From contig ONGB01000003.1 of NCBI GenBank assembly GCA_900317295.1, positions 12,245 through 76,244 on the forward strand: a stretch of 64,000 bases of DNA, in the 5' to 3' direction. Source of the DNA: an uncultured Erysipelotrichaceae bacterium. GTDB lineage: Bacteria > Bacillota_I > Bacilli_A > RFN20 > CAG-826. This document shows, one piece after another, positions 10,060-20,639 of this stretch (positions are counted from its first letter, which is position 1; every line of letters starts with the position of its first letter). Made by a program: the position numbers and the translations under genes. The notes below the pieces were generated by a model. It saw nothing but the letters and a program-made list of their open reading frames with translations. It did not search any database and had not been told where the DNA came from.

Positions 10060-10605
10060 ATGCGAACCCTAGTTTTATATAAATCCAACACCGGCTGCAC
10101 AAAAGAATACGCCGAAAAGATCGCCAAGGCTTTCCAGACCGAGGCCGTCCCGCTTAAAAAAGGAGAATTTAAAAAGATCAACTTCGAGGACTATGACACC
10201 ATCGTTTTCGGTGGCTGGATCCTCGGTAGCCAAATCCAAGGGATCGATGATTTCCTATGGCGGTGGGACGAGATGTCTGAGAAAAACGTCATCGTTTTCG
10301 CCGTCGGGATGTCCTTCGCTACCAAGGAGTCGCGGAACAACCTGATCTCCGCGAACCTTTTGGATATGTATCATCTCCGCTTTTATCAATTGCGCGGCGG
10401 ATTTGATTATCAAAAACTCGGCCCGATTCAAAAATTTATGTTCAACATCGGCATTTCCCAAGCCAAACGCGAAACCGACGGGAAGACCGATGTCGATTTC
10501 CTCACGACCATTAAAGAGACCCCCTTTGAATATAGCGACGAAGCCGGCGTGAACCGCATCATCGGCGTTATGCAAAGCATCGAAAACGGGACCCCTAAGG
10601 CATAA
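10060..10605 (+). CDS. Flavodoxin-domain protein (HemG/Flavodoxin_5-like)
   Basis: LYKSNTGCTKEYA, YDTIVFGG and FYQLRGGFDY motifs. Confidence 0.8.
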   Translation: MRTLVLYKSNTGCTKEYAEKIAKAFQTEAVPLKKGEFKKINFEDYDTIVFGGWILGSQIQGIDDFLWRWDEMSEKNVIVFAVGMSFATKESRNNLISANLLDMYHLRFYQLRGGFDYQKLGPIQKFMFNIGISQAKRETDGKTDVDFLTTIKETPFEYSDEAGVNRIIGVMQSIENGTPKA

Positions 10606-10615
10606 ATCGGACAAC

Positions 10616-11203
10616 ATGAAGCTCATCGTCGGTTTAGGAAACCCCGGACGGGAATACGAAGGAACGAGGCACAATGCCGGTTATTTGGTATTGGACCAAT
10701 TCGCGGAAATGTGCCGCGCCGATTTTGACCGCTCCGGATTCAAAGGAATCTATGCTTTGGTGAAGAACCCCTCGTTTGCTGAGCCGATTCTGCTTTTGAA
10801 GCCCGAAACCTTCATGAATTTATCCGGGGAATCCGTCCGCGCCGCGATGGATTTCTATAAATTGAGCCCGGAAGACGTGCTCGTCATCTATGATGACATG
10901 GCCATTGAACCGGGCCGCATCCGACTGCGTCCTTTTGGAAGCTCTGGCGCGCATAAAGGCATGCAGAATATCATCGATTTGCTGGGCACGGACCGCATTA
11001 AGCGTATCCGTATCGGCATCGGAGAACCTCCATTCTCCGGGGTTGACTGGGTGTTGACCAAGCCCAAGGGCGAAGAAAAAGAAAAAGTCGAATCCGCCGC
11101 AGGCGAGGCCGCGAAGGCGATTCGCGACTACTTACTTAACGGTTGGGACTACGCGATGAACCACTACAATCAAAAGGAGGGGCACATTGAAAGAACTGCT
11201 TGA
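10616..11203 (+). CDS. pth: Peptidyl-tRNA hydrolase
   Basis: LIVGLGNPG.EY..TRHNAG, KPETFMNLSG and GSSGAHKG motifs. Confidence 0.97.
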   Translation: MKLIVGLGNPGREYEGTRHNAGYLVLDQFAEMCRADFDRSGFKGIYALVKNPSFAEPILLLKPETFMNLSGESVRAAMDFYKLSPEDVLVIYDDMAIEPGRIRLRPFGSSGAHKGMQNIIDLLGTDRIKRIRIGIGEPPFSGVDWVLTKPKGEEKEKVESAAGEAAKAIRDYLLNGWDYAMNHYNQKEGHIERTA

Positions 11204-14200
11204 TCAGATTTATTCGTTGCCCATCACCTCCCCCCTCCTTGAGAAAAAGGGGTCTTTCGTCGTGGAAGAAACTCTCGGAACCGGACTCCTTTTTGCCTCG
11301 ATTTATCAAAAAGAGCCGCGAAATTATGCATTAATCGCCACAAACCTATATTCCGCCCAACGGCTTTATGAGTTCCTTTTGAACTTCCTTTCCGAAGAGG
11401 ATGTCGCCTTCTTCCCCGGCGACGAACTGCTCCGCGCGGAGACGCTTGCCAGCTCCCGCGAACTGCTCTCCCAACGTCTTTATGCCTTGGGGCAAATCAC
11501 CGCGGGCAAAAAGGGAAAAATCCTTGTTACGCATCCCGGGGCCCTGCTTCGTTATCTGCCTGACCCCGCCCTCTTTAAAAAGAAGACCCTGAAACTAAAA
11601 ATTGGGGATCATCTCGACTTTAGGCAGTTGAAGGCGGATCTGCTGGACATCGGCTATCAGGCCGTGGGCAAGGTGGAGCGCTCTCTCCAATACGCCTCAC
11701 GCGGGGACATATTGGATATTTATTCGGTTTCTTCCCTCGACCCCATCCGGATCGAATTCTTCGACGACGAGATCGAATCGATCCGCCTCTTTGATGTCAG
11801 AACCCAACAAAGCAAAGGCAATTTGAAAGAATGTTTGATCCTGCCAGCCACGGACATGCTGCTAAGCGACGAGGAGATCACCTCCTTTGCCCAAAGGGCA
11901 AGCGACGCTATTGAAGAAGAAGGCAAGCTAAAAGATCAGGCGGGCAAAAAATGGATGGATATGTTCCGCGCCTCGGTTTCTTTGGCGATGGAAGACATCG
12001 TTGGGAAGACCTATCGCAGCGATCTATATAAATACTATGGTTTCGCCTGCGCCCGCCCGCATTCGGTTTTGGAGTATTTCTCGCCGGAAATCATCTACGT
12101 CACATCGAAAGACGCCTTCTACGACGGCTCCAGCCGCCTGATCCATGAGGCCGAGGGCTTTTATCGCGAGCTTTATTTGGAAGGAAGGCTCCTCCCTGGC
12201 TGCCGTGCCTATATGGATATCGGGGATGCCTTAAAGCCCAAGACCAAAGTCATCTATTCGACGCCTTTCTCTACTTCGGGCGACGACCATCGTTTCCAAG
12301 CCCACAAGATTTCTTTGACGGGAACTTCCATCGCCTCTGTCCTGCCGTCGGTCCAAAGCTATTTGGCGATGAACGACAAAGTGGTGCTGTCCTTGCCTGA
12401 CGCCAAGCAGCGGTCCGCGGTTGTTTCTTTATTGGAAGAAAACGGGATTCCGTACGAGAAAACAACGGGTTTTCAGCTTCCGGAGGGGAAACTCTGCATC
12501 CAAGAAACCGCGATTTCCGAGGGGTTTGAGATCCCTTCTTTGCGCATCGCCTTCATCTCTTCTGCGGAGCTTTTCCGTCATAAATCCGTCGCCTCCAGAT
12601 TCGTTTCCAGATTCAAGGAAGGCACGGTGCTGCGGAGCTATGAAGAGTTGAAGCCGGGCGATTACGTGGTCCACGAATATAACGGGATCGGCCAGTTCCT
12701 CGACATCAAAACCATCGAAAGCGAAGGCGTGCACCGGGATTACCTCCATCTGGCCTACGCGAACAACGAATTCCTCTATGTTCCTTTGGAACAATTCCGT
12801 TTGGTCCGGAAATACGCCGGAAGAGAAGGGGTTGCCCCCAAGCTCTCCCGTCTTTCCACCCACGATTGGGAAAAACGGAAAGCCAAGATCAAAGACCGCG
12901 TCAACGAATTGGCGGATCGCCTTGTTTCCTTATATGGGGACCGCGCCAAGTCCGCCGGGTTTGCCTTCCCGCCGGATGACGAATTGCAAAAACCCTTCGA
13001 AGACGAATTCCCCTATGCCCTGACCCCCGATCAGCAAAAAGCCTTGGATGACATCAAGGCTGACATGGAAAAGCCCTTGATCATGGATCGCCTCCTGTGC
13101 GGGGATGTCGGATTTGGCAAAACCGAGGTGGCCTTCCGCGCCGCCTTCAAGGCGATATCCGCGGGGAAACAGGTAGCATTGCTCTGCCCGACCACCCTTT
13201 TGGCGAGGCAGCATTATGAAGTGGCCGCGGAAAGGTTTGGGCAATACGGGGTCCATTTGGCGTTGTTCTCTCGCCTGGTTCCCGAAAAGGAACAAAAGGC
13301 CTCCGCCGCGCTTCTAGCGGAAGGGAAGATCGACTTCGCCATCGGCACGCACCGCCTACTATCCAAGGAAATCTCCTTCAAAGACCTTGGTCTATTGATC
13401 GTCGACGAAGAGCAGCGCTTCGGCGTCGAGCAGAAAGAAAGAATCAAGGAAATCAAACGGAACGTCGATGTTTTGACCCTTTCGGCTACGCCGATCCCCA
13501 GGACCTTGCAGATGTCTTTGGTGGGCATTCGGCCCTTGTCGGAGATCAACACCGCGCCGGCTTTCCGCATGCCGATCCAAACCTATGTCACCCCCTTCAA
13601 AGAGGATGTCATACGAGAATTGATCGAACGGGAATTAGCGAGGCACGGCCAGGTTTATTACGTTCATAACAAAGTCGAAAGCATCTATGCGGTCGCCAAT
13701 CGCTTGGCGGCTAAGATCCCTGGCGCGGAAGTCGGGGTCGTCCATGGGAAGATGGACAAAGAGGAAGTGGAAGACGTCATGGAACGATTCTATGAAGGCT
13801 CTGTGAACCTTTTGGTCTGCACTTCCATCATCGAAAACGGCATCGACGTCCCCAACGCGAACATGTTGATCGTTGAAGACGCCGACCACTTTGGTTTGGC
13901 GCAGCTTTATCAAATCAAAGGAAGGGTGGGGCGCGGAAACCGCATCGCCTACGCCTATCTGACTTACCGCGAAAGAAAAGAAATGAATGACGAAGCGCAG
14001 AAGCGATTGACGGCCATTCAGGAGTTCACCGAGCTGGGCTCGGGATACAAAATCGCCCAACGCGATTTGATGATCCGCGGGGCGGGCGACATCCTCGGCC
14101 CCGAGCAAGCGGGCTTCATCGATTCGGTGGGCCTTGACCTTTACTTGAAGATGCTTAACGAGGCCGTCGAGGCCAGGAAGACGGGTGTCGAACCGGAGCC

Positions 14201-14669
14201 GCCCAAGGCGAAAAAGATGTTTTCCATCGATGCCTATATTCCCGCCGAATACGCCTCAAAAGGCGACAAGTTGGAACTCTATCAAGAACTCGAAGATGCC
14301 AAATCCGATGGAGAAATCGCTGCGTTTTCCAAAAAAATCCGCGATATTTATGGTAAAGTTCCGCCTGAGGTCAACCTGCTGATCTCCAAGAAGCGCATCG
14401 ACCTCTTAAGCGAAAACGAGGAGTTTGAAACCATCACCGAACAGCCCGATCGGATCGACGTGGACATGAGCCCGCTATTCACCCGCGTCGACGGAATCGC
14501 CACCGAGCTATTCGACGCGTTGGTCCCGTTCTTGCAAACCCTCAAGGTTTCCTTCTCGGGCAAGAAACTTAGGCTTTCTTTGTTCAAGAAGGGCGAATGG
14601 CTCATCACTTTAGAAAAGATGATGAAGGCGACCCATCGAACTTATGAGAAACACCGCACAATACCTTAA
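11187..14669 (+). CDS. mfd: Transcription-repair coupling factor
   Basis: RGDILDI, GDYVVH, GDVGFGKTE, DEEQRFGV, SATPIPRT and QIKGRVGR motifs; pth-mfd synteny. Confidence 0.97.
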   Translation: MKELLDQIYSLPITSPLLEKKGSFVVEETLGTGLLFASIYQKEPRNYALIATNLYSAQRLYEFLLNFLSEEDVAFFPGDELLRAETLASSRELLSQRLYALGQITAGKKGKILVTHPGALLRYLPDPALFKKKTLKLKIGDHLDFRQLKADLLDIGYQAVGKVERSLQYASRGDILDIYSVSSLDPIRIEFFDDEIESIRLFDVRTQQSKGNLKECLILPATDMLLSDEEITSFAQRASDAIEEEGKLKDQAGKKWMDMFRASVSLAMEDIVGKTYRSDLYKYYGFACARPHSVLEYFSPEIIYVTSKDAFYDGSSRLIHEAEGFYRELYLEGRLLPGCRAYMDIGDALKPKTKVIYSTPFSTSGDDHRFQAHKISLTGTSIASVLPSVQSYLAMNDKVVLSLPDAKQRSAVVSLLEENGIPYEKTTGFQLPEGKLCIQETAISEGFEIPSLRIAFISSAELFRHKSVASRFVSRFKEGTVLRSYEELKPGDYVVHEYNGIGQFLDIKTIESEGVHRDYLHLAYANNEFLYVPLEQFRLVRKYAGREGVAPKLSRLSTHDWEKRKAKIKDRVNELADRLVSLYGDRAKSAGFAFPPDDELQKPFEDEFPYALTPDQQKALDDIKADMEKPLIMDRLLCGDVGFGKTEVAFRAAFKAISAGKQVALLCPTTLLARQHYEVAAERFGQYGVHLALFSRLVPEKEQKASAALLAEGKIDFAIGTHRLLSKEISFKDLGLLIVDEEQRFGVEQKERIKEIKRNVDVLTLSATPIPRTLQMSLVGIRPLSEINTAPAFRMPIQTYVTPFKEDVIRELIERELARHGQVYYVHNKVESIYAVANRLAAKIPGAEVGVVHGKMDKEEVEDVMERFYEGSVNLLVCTSIIENGIDVPNANMLIVEDADHFGLAQLYQIKGRVGRGNRIAYAYLTYRERKEMNDEAQKRLTAIQEFTELGSGYKIAQRDLMIRGAGDILGPEQAGFIDSVGLDLYLKMLNEAVEARKTGVEPEPPKAKKMFSIDAYIPAEYASKGDKLELYQELEDAKSDGEIAAFSKKIRDIYGKVPPEVNLLISKKRIDLLSENEEFETITEQPDRIDVDMSPLFTRVDGIATELFDALVPFLQTLKVSFSGKKLRLSLFKKGEWLITLEKMMKATHRTYEKHRTIP

Positions 14670-14694
14670 GGGATTGTGATAAACTTTACTAAGC

Positions 14695-14982
14695 ATGCGG
14701 CTGGATAAGTTCCTAAAAGTCTCCCGTTTGGTGAAAAGAAGAGAAGTTGCCAAAGAGCTTTGCGATGATGGGGATGTCCTCATCAATGGCAAGGTTGGCA
14801 AACCCTCCTCCGAAGTCGTCCCCGGGGACAAGTTGGTCCTCTACTTAGGACGCCACACCGTCACCGCGGAAGTGTTAGAAACCAGGCCGTTTGCGAATAA
14901 AGACCAAGCCGGGGAGCTCTATCGGATCCTCTCCGACGAAGTCAAAGAAAGGACAGACGAAAATGTTCAACTTCACCCTTGA
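14695..14982 (+). CDS. rqcP: S4-domain RNA-binding protein YabO/RqcP
   Basis: MRLDKFLKVSRLVKRR.VAKE; position after mfd. Confidence 0.88.
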   Translation: MRLDKFLKVSRLVKRREVAKELCDDGDVLINGKVGKPSSEVVPGDKLVLYLGRHTVTAEVLETRPFANKDQAGELYRILSDEVKERTDENVQLHP

Positions 14983-16216
14983 TCCCGAAGCGACGTATTT
15001 GGTCGCTTGCACCTATGGGGCCGATTCCATGGCCTTGCTGGATATGCTTTTGAAGAAGGGCGCCAAACCCGTCGTCGTTTCTTTGGACTATCACAAATTC
15101 GATTCTTCCCCCGCCGATTTCGCCGGGTTGGAGGCTTTCTGCAAAGAAAAAGGCCTTCCTTTTGAGCTTTTGGATGCGGCTAAACTCCCCGAAGAGAAGC
15201 AATATCACGAAGGGCAAGACTTCAAGGCTTGGGCGAGGAAGACCCGTTACGACTTCTTCAAGGAAATCTATAAGAAATACGACGCCAAGGCGCTTTATCT
15301 CGCCCATCAGCAGGATGATTTGCTCGCCGACTACCTCCGTCAGAAGAGGCTCAACAAATTCGAAGAGACCAGCTTCTCTGAAATCCGCACCGTCCGCGGG
15401 ATGGTCGTCGTCCGCCCGTTGATTCACTATTCCCACGAAGACTTGGTGGAATATAACCGCGAGAATCAGGTGCCTTATTCCCGTCGCAGCGACGCCTTCG
15501 AAGCTTTCCACGTACAAGATCCCATCCGCCAGGAAATCGCCGACCTCAACGAGATCGACCGCGGCCGTTTGGAGGAGGAAATGCAGGCGAAAAACGAGAA
15601 CCAACTCCGTCTCAGCTCCGAGCTTCAAGAGAAGGCCGGGCGAAGCGAAGAACTCGAAATCCGCGCGCTTTTCGCCTTGCCAAAGGACGATTTCTCCGCG
15701 ACGCTCATCCGTTTCGTTAACTCTGGGGACGCGAAGGTCCACCTTGGCGACGAAGACATTCAAAAGATCCGTCAATTCCTTTTGACCCCCCAAGCCAGCG
15801 CCGTTTATAAACTCAAAGGCAACACCCATCTCGTGAAACAATACGATGTCGTCTTCTTGGGAAAACGCTTTGACAAATTGCCCTATAGCTACACGTTGGA
15901 AAAACCGGGCAAACTCTCCACGGAGCAATTTGACCTCGACTTCTCCATGGGCGCGGAAGACCGCTTCATCAAAGAAAGCGACTACCCCCTGACCATCCGC
16001 ACCGCCTTGCCCGCGGATACCTTCGTTTTCGCCGGCTACCTGATGAACGTCCTCGAAGCCTATTCTTCTTGGAAAATGCCGGTAAAACTAAGGTATGTCT
16101 GGCCTGTATTCGTGAATAAGGACGGAAAGATCGTCTATGTCCCGCGTTATCGCGAGCACTTCCAGGAATATCATTCCTCCATCCTTCAGATGCACATTGA
16201 GGACAAAGAGCAGTAA
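14963..16216 (+). CDS. tilS: tRNA(Ile)-lysidine synthetase-like protein with divergent motifs
   Basis: ARKTRYDFF, LAHQQDD and VVRPL motifs plus a TilS-C-like tail; directly upstream of ftsH; PP-loop reads TYGADS; start MFNF with AAGGA upstream. Confidence 0.75.
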   Translation: MFNFTLDPEATYLVACTYGADSMALLDMLLKKGAKPVVVSLDYHKFDSSPADFAGLEAFCKEKGLPFELLDAAKLPEEKQYHEGQDFKAWARKTRYDFFKEIYKKYDAKALYLAHQQDDLLADYLRQKRLNKFEETSFSEIRTVRGMVVVRPLIHYSHEDLVEYNRENQVPYSRRSDAFEAFHVQDPIRQEIADLNEIDRGRLEEEMQAKNENQLRLSSELQEKAGRSEELEIRALFALPKDDFSATLIRFVNSGDAKVHLGDEDIQKIRQFLLTPQASAVYKLKGNTHLVKQYDVVFLGKRFDKLPYSYTLEKPGKLSTEQFDLDFSMGAEDRFIKESDYPLTIRTALPADTFVFAGYLMNVLEAYSSWKMPVKLRYVWPVFVNKDGKIVYVPRYREHFQEYHSSILQMHIEDKEQ

Positions 16217-16316
16217 GCAATACGATTGACATCTTTCTCCGCGCGTTTAGATTCTTTACGCAACCGCGCGGAGATACTCCGCTTAGGCGGATTGAGACGA
16301 AAGGAAAGCAAGTAGC

Positions 16317-18455
16317 ATGAATGACGGAAAGCAAAAAAGAAGCATAATCGGGTATATCCTCCCGTACATTTTGGGCCTCGCCTTGGTCGGGTTATTCGTT
16401 TACCTGATCGTTGGCAACCTATTCAACACCACCGAAACATGGGCCGAATCCGTTTTGGATGACTATCTCGGTACTTACGTCGACGTTTCCGGAGGCGAAG
16501 GTGAGATCAAGATGCTTTCTTATGAAGACTATCGGAACAACGACGCTTCGAAGACTCACATCCTCCGTAGTTTTTCTGTTTCCGAAAGTTATAAGTCCGT
16601 TGGCGTTACCGGTCGCTATTTGAACCGAAACACTGGGAAAACTGGCGCCTTCACCGTTCGTATTCAGGCCGAGAAATGGAATTCCGAATTCGTTTTGTCG
16701 TTTGATGACCACGGAACGGTTTCTACTGTAAAGCACCTTTCCTATTCCTCGATGTTTACCTCTCGTGTTGATCAAGGTCGCGCGGCCGCAGAAAGTCCCG
16801 CGGAAGCCAAAACCTTCTATTACACCGTTTCCGATGCCTTCCAGGTCAGCTGGTGGGACACTTGGGGACCCACGATCATCATGACTGGTATCACCGTCAT
16901 TGTGGCGATTTTCCTCTTCTCCCGCCTGAGTCGCGCCGTAGGTGGTGGACGCGATGGCATCACCAGCTTCAACAAATCTCCTGCGCGCCGCGCGGACAAT
17001 ACGAAGGTGAAATTCACCGACGTCGCGGGTTGTGAAGAAGAAAAGCAGGAGATGGTCGAACTCGTCGAATATCTCAAAGACCCGAAGAAATACTCCAAAT
17101 TGGGCGCTCGCTTGCCCAAAGGCATCCTTTTGATCGGCCCGCCTGGCACTGGCAAAACCTTGCTGGCCAAAGCGGTCGCTGGCGAGGCTGGCGTTCCTTT
17201 CTACAGCATTTCCGGATCCGATTTTGTTGAGATGTATGTCGGCGTTGGCGCAGGACGCGTCCGCGATATGTTCCACCAGGCCAAGGCCACGGCTCCGTGC
17301 TTGATCTTCATCGATGAAATCGACGCCGTCGGTCGCCAGCGCGGCGCTGGCTTGGGCGGCGGCAACGATGAACGCGAGCAAACCCTGAACCAGTTGCTCG
17401 TCGAAATGGATGGTTTCGAGGCCAATTCCGGCATCCTCGTCATCGCCGCGACCAACCGTGACGACGTCCTCGACCCCGCGCTTCGTCGTGCTGGTCGATT
17501 TGACCGCACCGTCACCGTTTCTTTGCCAGACCGGGCGGGGCGTGAAGCGATTTTCCGTGTCCACGCCAGAGGAAAGAGTATCGATCCGAGTGTTGACTTC
17601 GATGCGCTTGCCAAGCGTACCGTCGGCTTCTCCGGCGCGGATATTGATTCCGTTTTGAACGACGCTGCGATTCTGGCTGTCCGCGGGAACAAGAGCGCGA
17701 TCACCCTTGCGGATATTGATGAGGCTATCGACCGCCGCATCTCTGGCCCTGCCAAATCTTCTAAAGGCATGTCGGAGAAAGAGCGCAAGCAGGTTGCTTA
17801 CCATGAAGCGGGCCACGCCGTCATCGGCATCAATCTGCCTTATAGCGATAAGGTGCAGAAGATCACGATCGTCCCGCGCGGCAACACCGGTGGGCACGTG
17901 CTCATGACCCCGGAAGACGACCGTTTCTTGATGACCAAGAACGAATTGATCGCCAGAATCACGGGCCTTTTGGGCGGCCGCACCTCCGAAGAGATCTTCT
18001 TCCAGGACGTTTCGACGGGCGCTTCTAACGACATTTCCGAAGCCACCAGGCTCGCTCGTTTGATGGTTACGGAATTCGGTATGAGCGAGCTCGGCCCAAT
18101 CCAATATGAGCGCGATACCGGATCGGTCTTCCTCGGCCGCGACTATGCGAATACCCAAAGGAATTTCTCCACCCAGGTGGCCTTTGAGATCGACAAAGCC
18201 GTTCGCAAGATCATCGAAGAAGCTCACGCGAACGCCGAAAAGCTTCTTCTTGAGCACAAGGATCAAGTGATCCTCGTCGCGGAACGCCTCCTCGATAAGG
18301 AAACCATCACCGCCGAGGAGATCGAATACCTCTGCAAGAACGGCCGCCTTCCTGACGCCGATAAGCCTGCGGAAGAACCAAAGCCTGAAAAACCGGCCGA
18401 AGAACCGAAGTCTGAAGAGTCCGCCAAGGAAGAGGACGCCCCCTCTAAAGAGTAA
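16317..18455 (+). CDS. ftsH: ATP-dependent zinc metalloprotease FtsH
   Basis: Two TM segments, [20 protein letters not shown] region and HEAGH zinc motif. Confidence 0.98.
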   Translation: MNDGKQKRSIIGYILPYILGLALVGLFVYLIVGNLFNTTETWAESVLDDYLGTYVDVSGGEGEIKMLSYEDYRNNDASKTHILRSFSVSESYKSVGVTGRYLNRNTGKTGAFTVRIQAEKWNSEFVLSFDDHGTVSTVKHLSYSSMFTSRVDQGRAAAESPAEAKTFYYTVSDAFQVSWWDTWGPTIIMTGITVIVAIFLFSRLSRAVGGGRDGITSFNKSPARRADNTKVKFTDVAGCEEEKQEMVELVEYLKDPKKYSKLGARLPKGILLIGPPGTGKTLLAKAVAGEAGVPFYSISGSDFVEMYVGVGAGRVRDMFHQAKATAPCLIFIDEIDAVGRQRGAGLGGGNDEREQTLNQLLVEMDGFEANSGILVIAATNRDDVLDPALRRAGRFDRTVTVSLPDRAGREAIFRVHARGKSIDPSVDFDALAKRTVGFSGADIDSVLNDAAILAVRGNKSAITLADIDEAIDRRISGPAKSSKGMSEKERKQVAYHEAGHAVIGINLPYSDKVQKITIVPRGNTGGHVLMTPEDDRFLMTKNELIARITGLLGGRTSEEIFFQDVSTGASNDISEATRLARLMVTEFGMSELGPIQYERDTGSVFLGRDYANTQRNFSTQVAFEIDKAVRKIIEEAHANAEKLLLEHKDQVILVAERLLDKETITAEEIEYLCKNGRLPDADKPAEEPKPEKPAEEPKSEESAKEEDAPSKE

Positions 18456-18477
18456 GGGCGATTACTGACGGTAAACT

Positions 18478-18550
18478 ATGGCCACAAGATTTTTGAGTGA
18501 CGAAAAACACAATTGGAATTCACTCGCTTCTTGTGGCCGTTTTTCTTTTC
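18478..18550 (+). terminator. Long-stem terminator after ftsH
   Basis: ATGGCCACAAGA...TCTTGTGGCCGT with inner GAGTGA/TCACTC stem, followed by TTTTCTTTT. Confidence 0.65.
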
Positions 18551-18679
18551 GCGTTTTTAGTTCGAGAACAAGGGGCCGCATGATCTCGTTTTGGAGAGAA
18601 TTCGTAACCATCAGGTCAGTGGACAACCCTGCCTTTGATGACTATCGGGAGCGCTCCGCCTGTGTCTTGGAGGGCCAAT

Positions 18680-19657
18680 ATGTTTAAGGTTGGCGACGTC
18701 GAAATCCAAAAGCGCGTTCTCCTTGGGCCGATGGCTGGCATCACCACCATGTCCTACCGAGAATTCATGAAACCCTTCGGCGTAGGACTAAGCTTCTCTG
18801 AGATGGTTTCTGACTGCGGGATCGATTTCAATAACCGCAGGACTTTTGAGTATCTGAAGACTTCAAAAATCGATACGCCTGTCGCAATTCAGCTTTTCGG
18901 GTTTTCTGCCGAAAACACCACAAAAGCGATCAAAATAATCGAGAACGAAGCAGATTTTGATATTTTGGACATCAATTTAGGCTGCCCTGTTTTGAAAGTT
19001 ACCAAGACGGGTGCCGGGTCGGCCTGGCTAAAAGACAGGGACAAACTTCGCGCCTATATGAAGGCCGTCTGCGAGACCTCTTCGAAACCCGTCAGCGCGA
19101 AGATCCGCCTGGGCTGGGACGAGAACTCCATCAACGTTTATGAGGTCTCCAAAGACCTGGAAGAGGCCGGCGTTAAGCTGATCACCATCCATTGTAGAAC
19201 CAAAGCCCAAGGCTATTCCGGAATTGCCGATTATACCAAGGTAGCCAACATGAAGAACGTTATTTCGGTCCCGTTTGCCATCTCGGGAGATATCTTCACT
19301 CCCCAGAAGGCCAAAGAGGCAATCGACATCACGGGGGCCGATGCCGTCATGGTGGCCAGAGGCGGGGTTGGAAATCCTTTTCTATTGACACAAATCAATG
19401 AATATTTGGAAACGGGGAATCTCCTTCCTGACCCTACCGTGAAACAACAAGCGGAATGGGCGCTGGAATACGCGAAAAAACTCTGCGAAGAACATGGGGA
19501 ATCCGTCGCGATGAGAGAGCTTAGAGGCATCATCCCGCATTTCTTCTCCGGCTCCCCGGGATATAAAAAAGTCCGCGTTCAGATCGCCTCCTCTTTGACG
19601 ACGATGGACCAACTAGAAAAGATCCTGGAGGGGATAAAGTCCCGTGAACATTGCTGA
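18680..19657 (+). CDS. dusB: tRNA-dihydrouridine synthase
   Basis: GPMAGIT, SEMVS, IQLFG, DINLGCP, KIRLGW, IHCRT and VMVARG motifs; start MFKV after GGAGG. Confidence 0.92.
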   Translation: MFKVGDVEIQKRVLLGPMAGITTMSYREFMKPFGVGLSFSEMVSDCGIDFNNRRTFEYLKTSKIDTPVAIQLFGFSAENTTKAIKIIENEADFDILDINLGCPVLKVTKTGAGSAWLKDRDKLRAYMKAVCETSSKPVSAKIRLGWDENSINVYEVSKDLEEAGVKLITIHCRTKAQGYSGIADYTKVANMKNVISVPFAISGDIFTPQKAKEAIDITGADAVMVARGGVGNPFLLTQINEYLETGNLLPDPTVKQQAEWALEYAKKLCEEHGESVAMRELRGIIPHFFSGSPGYKKVRVQIASSLTTMDQLEKILEGIKSREHC

Positions 19658-20165
19658 ACGGCACGACCACGAATTTCCTCCGCTGATATTCCCGGATTCT
19701 GAGATTCTTATCCTTGGTTCTTTTCCTAGTGTCGCCTCCAGAGCCCAAAAGTTCTTTTATGGATATCCCATGAATCGGTTTTGGGGGATGCTGGCCGCCG
19801 TATACCAAGAGGACAAACCCAACTCCATAGAAGAAAAGACCGCTTTCTGCAAAAAACACCGCCTCGCGCTCTATGACGTCATCGAATCCTGCACCATCGT
19901 CGGCAGCAGCGATTCATCCATAAAAGATATCGTTTTCGCGGATATTTTCGGTTTATGTCAACAAGCGGGCATCAAAAAGATCCTGCTAAACGGGAAGACC
20001 GCTGGAAAGACTTTTCAAAAATACTTAGCGACCTTAGACAATCCTCAAGGATTCCCCGAGTTTGTCGTTTTGCCTTCCACATCCCCCGCCAATGCGGCTT
20101 GTTCGATGGACAAATTGGTCGAGGCCTGGCGCGCTGTTTTGATTGATTTCGCAACTTTTAAGTAG
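19644..20165 (+). CDS. Uracil-DNA glycosylase superfamily, hypoxanthine/deoxyinosine glycosylase-like
   Basis: LILGSFPSVAS, YGYPMNRFW, SSDSSI and LPSTSPAN motifs. Confidence 0.85.
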   Translation: MNIAERHDHEFPPLIFPDSEILILGSFPSVASRAQKFFYGYPMNRFWGMLAAVYQEDKPNSIEEKTAFCKKHRLALYDVIESCTIVGSSDSSIKDIVFADIFGLCQQAGIKKILLNGKTAGKTFQKYLATLDNPQGFPEFVVLPSTSPANAACSMDKLVEAWRAVLIDFATFK

Positions 20166-20189
20166 TAAAAGTTCGTAAGCGAACAAAAG

Positions 20190-20639
20190 ATGGAAAACCA
20201 ACAAGGCTCTATTGGAAAACAAATCGGCAGAACCGCGAAGAAGATCCGGCGAGAGCTGGACCTTCTTTATGATGCGAATTTCGGAGAAGAGGGGATCACC
20301 CGTCAGCAAGCCCGCGTCCTGCGTTATCTGCACGAGCATCCTAATGCGACCGCCTTTGATGTCCAACAAGAGTTCTTTTTAGTGAAATCCTCCACCTCAG
20401 ATTTGTTGAACGGATTGGCCAAAAGACGCTTGATTGAGCATAGAAAAGCGGAAAAAGATCGTCGCCGTAAGACGATCGCTTTAACGGAAGCGGGTCGCGA
20501 GTTCGTTTATCGAGTCTCTGTTGTGTTTTCCCGTTTTGAGGAGGCCCTTTCTGTCTCAATAAGTGCGGAAGAAAAAGACGAACTTTCCCGCTTGCTTGAC
20601 AAGGTAGAGGCCGGTTTGGGAGTGAAATACGATGAGTAG
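20190..20639 (+). CDS. MarR family transcriptional regulator
   Basis: ITRQQARVL, KSSTSDLLNGL and DRRRKTIALTEAG; precedes an ABC exporter pair. Confidence 0.9.
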   Translation: MENQQGSIGKQIGRTAKKIRRELDLLYDANFGEEGITRQQARVLRYLHEHPNATAFDVQQEFFLVKSSTSDLLNGLAKRRLIEHRKAEKDRRRKTIALTEAGREFVYRVSVVFSRFEEALSVSISAEEKDELSRLLDKVEAGLGVKYDE

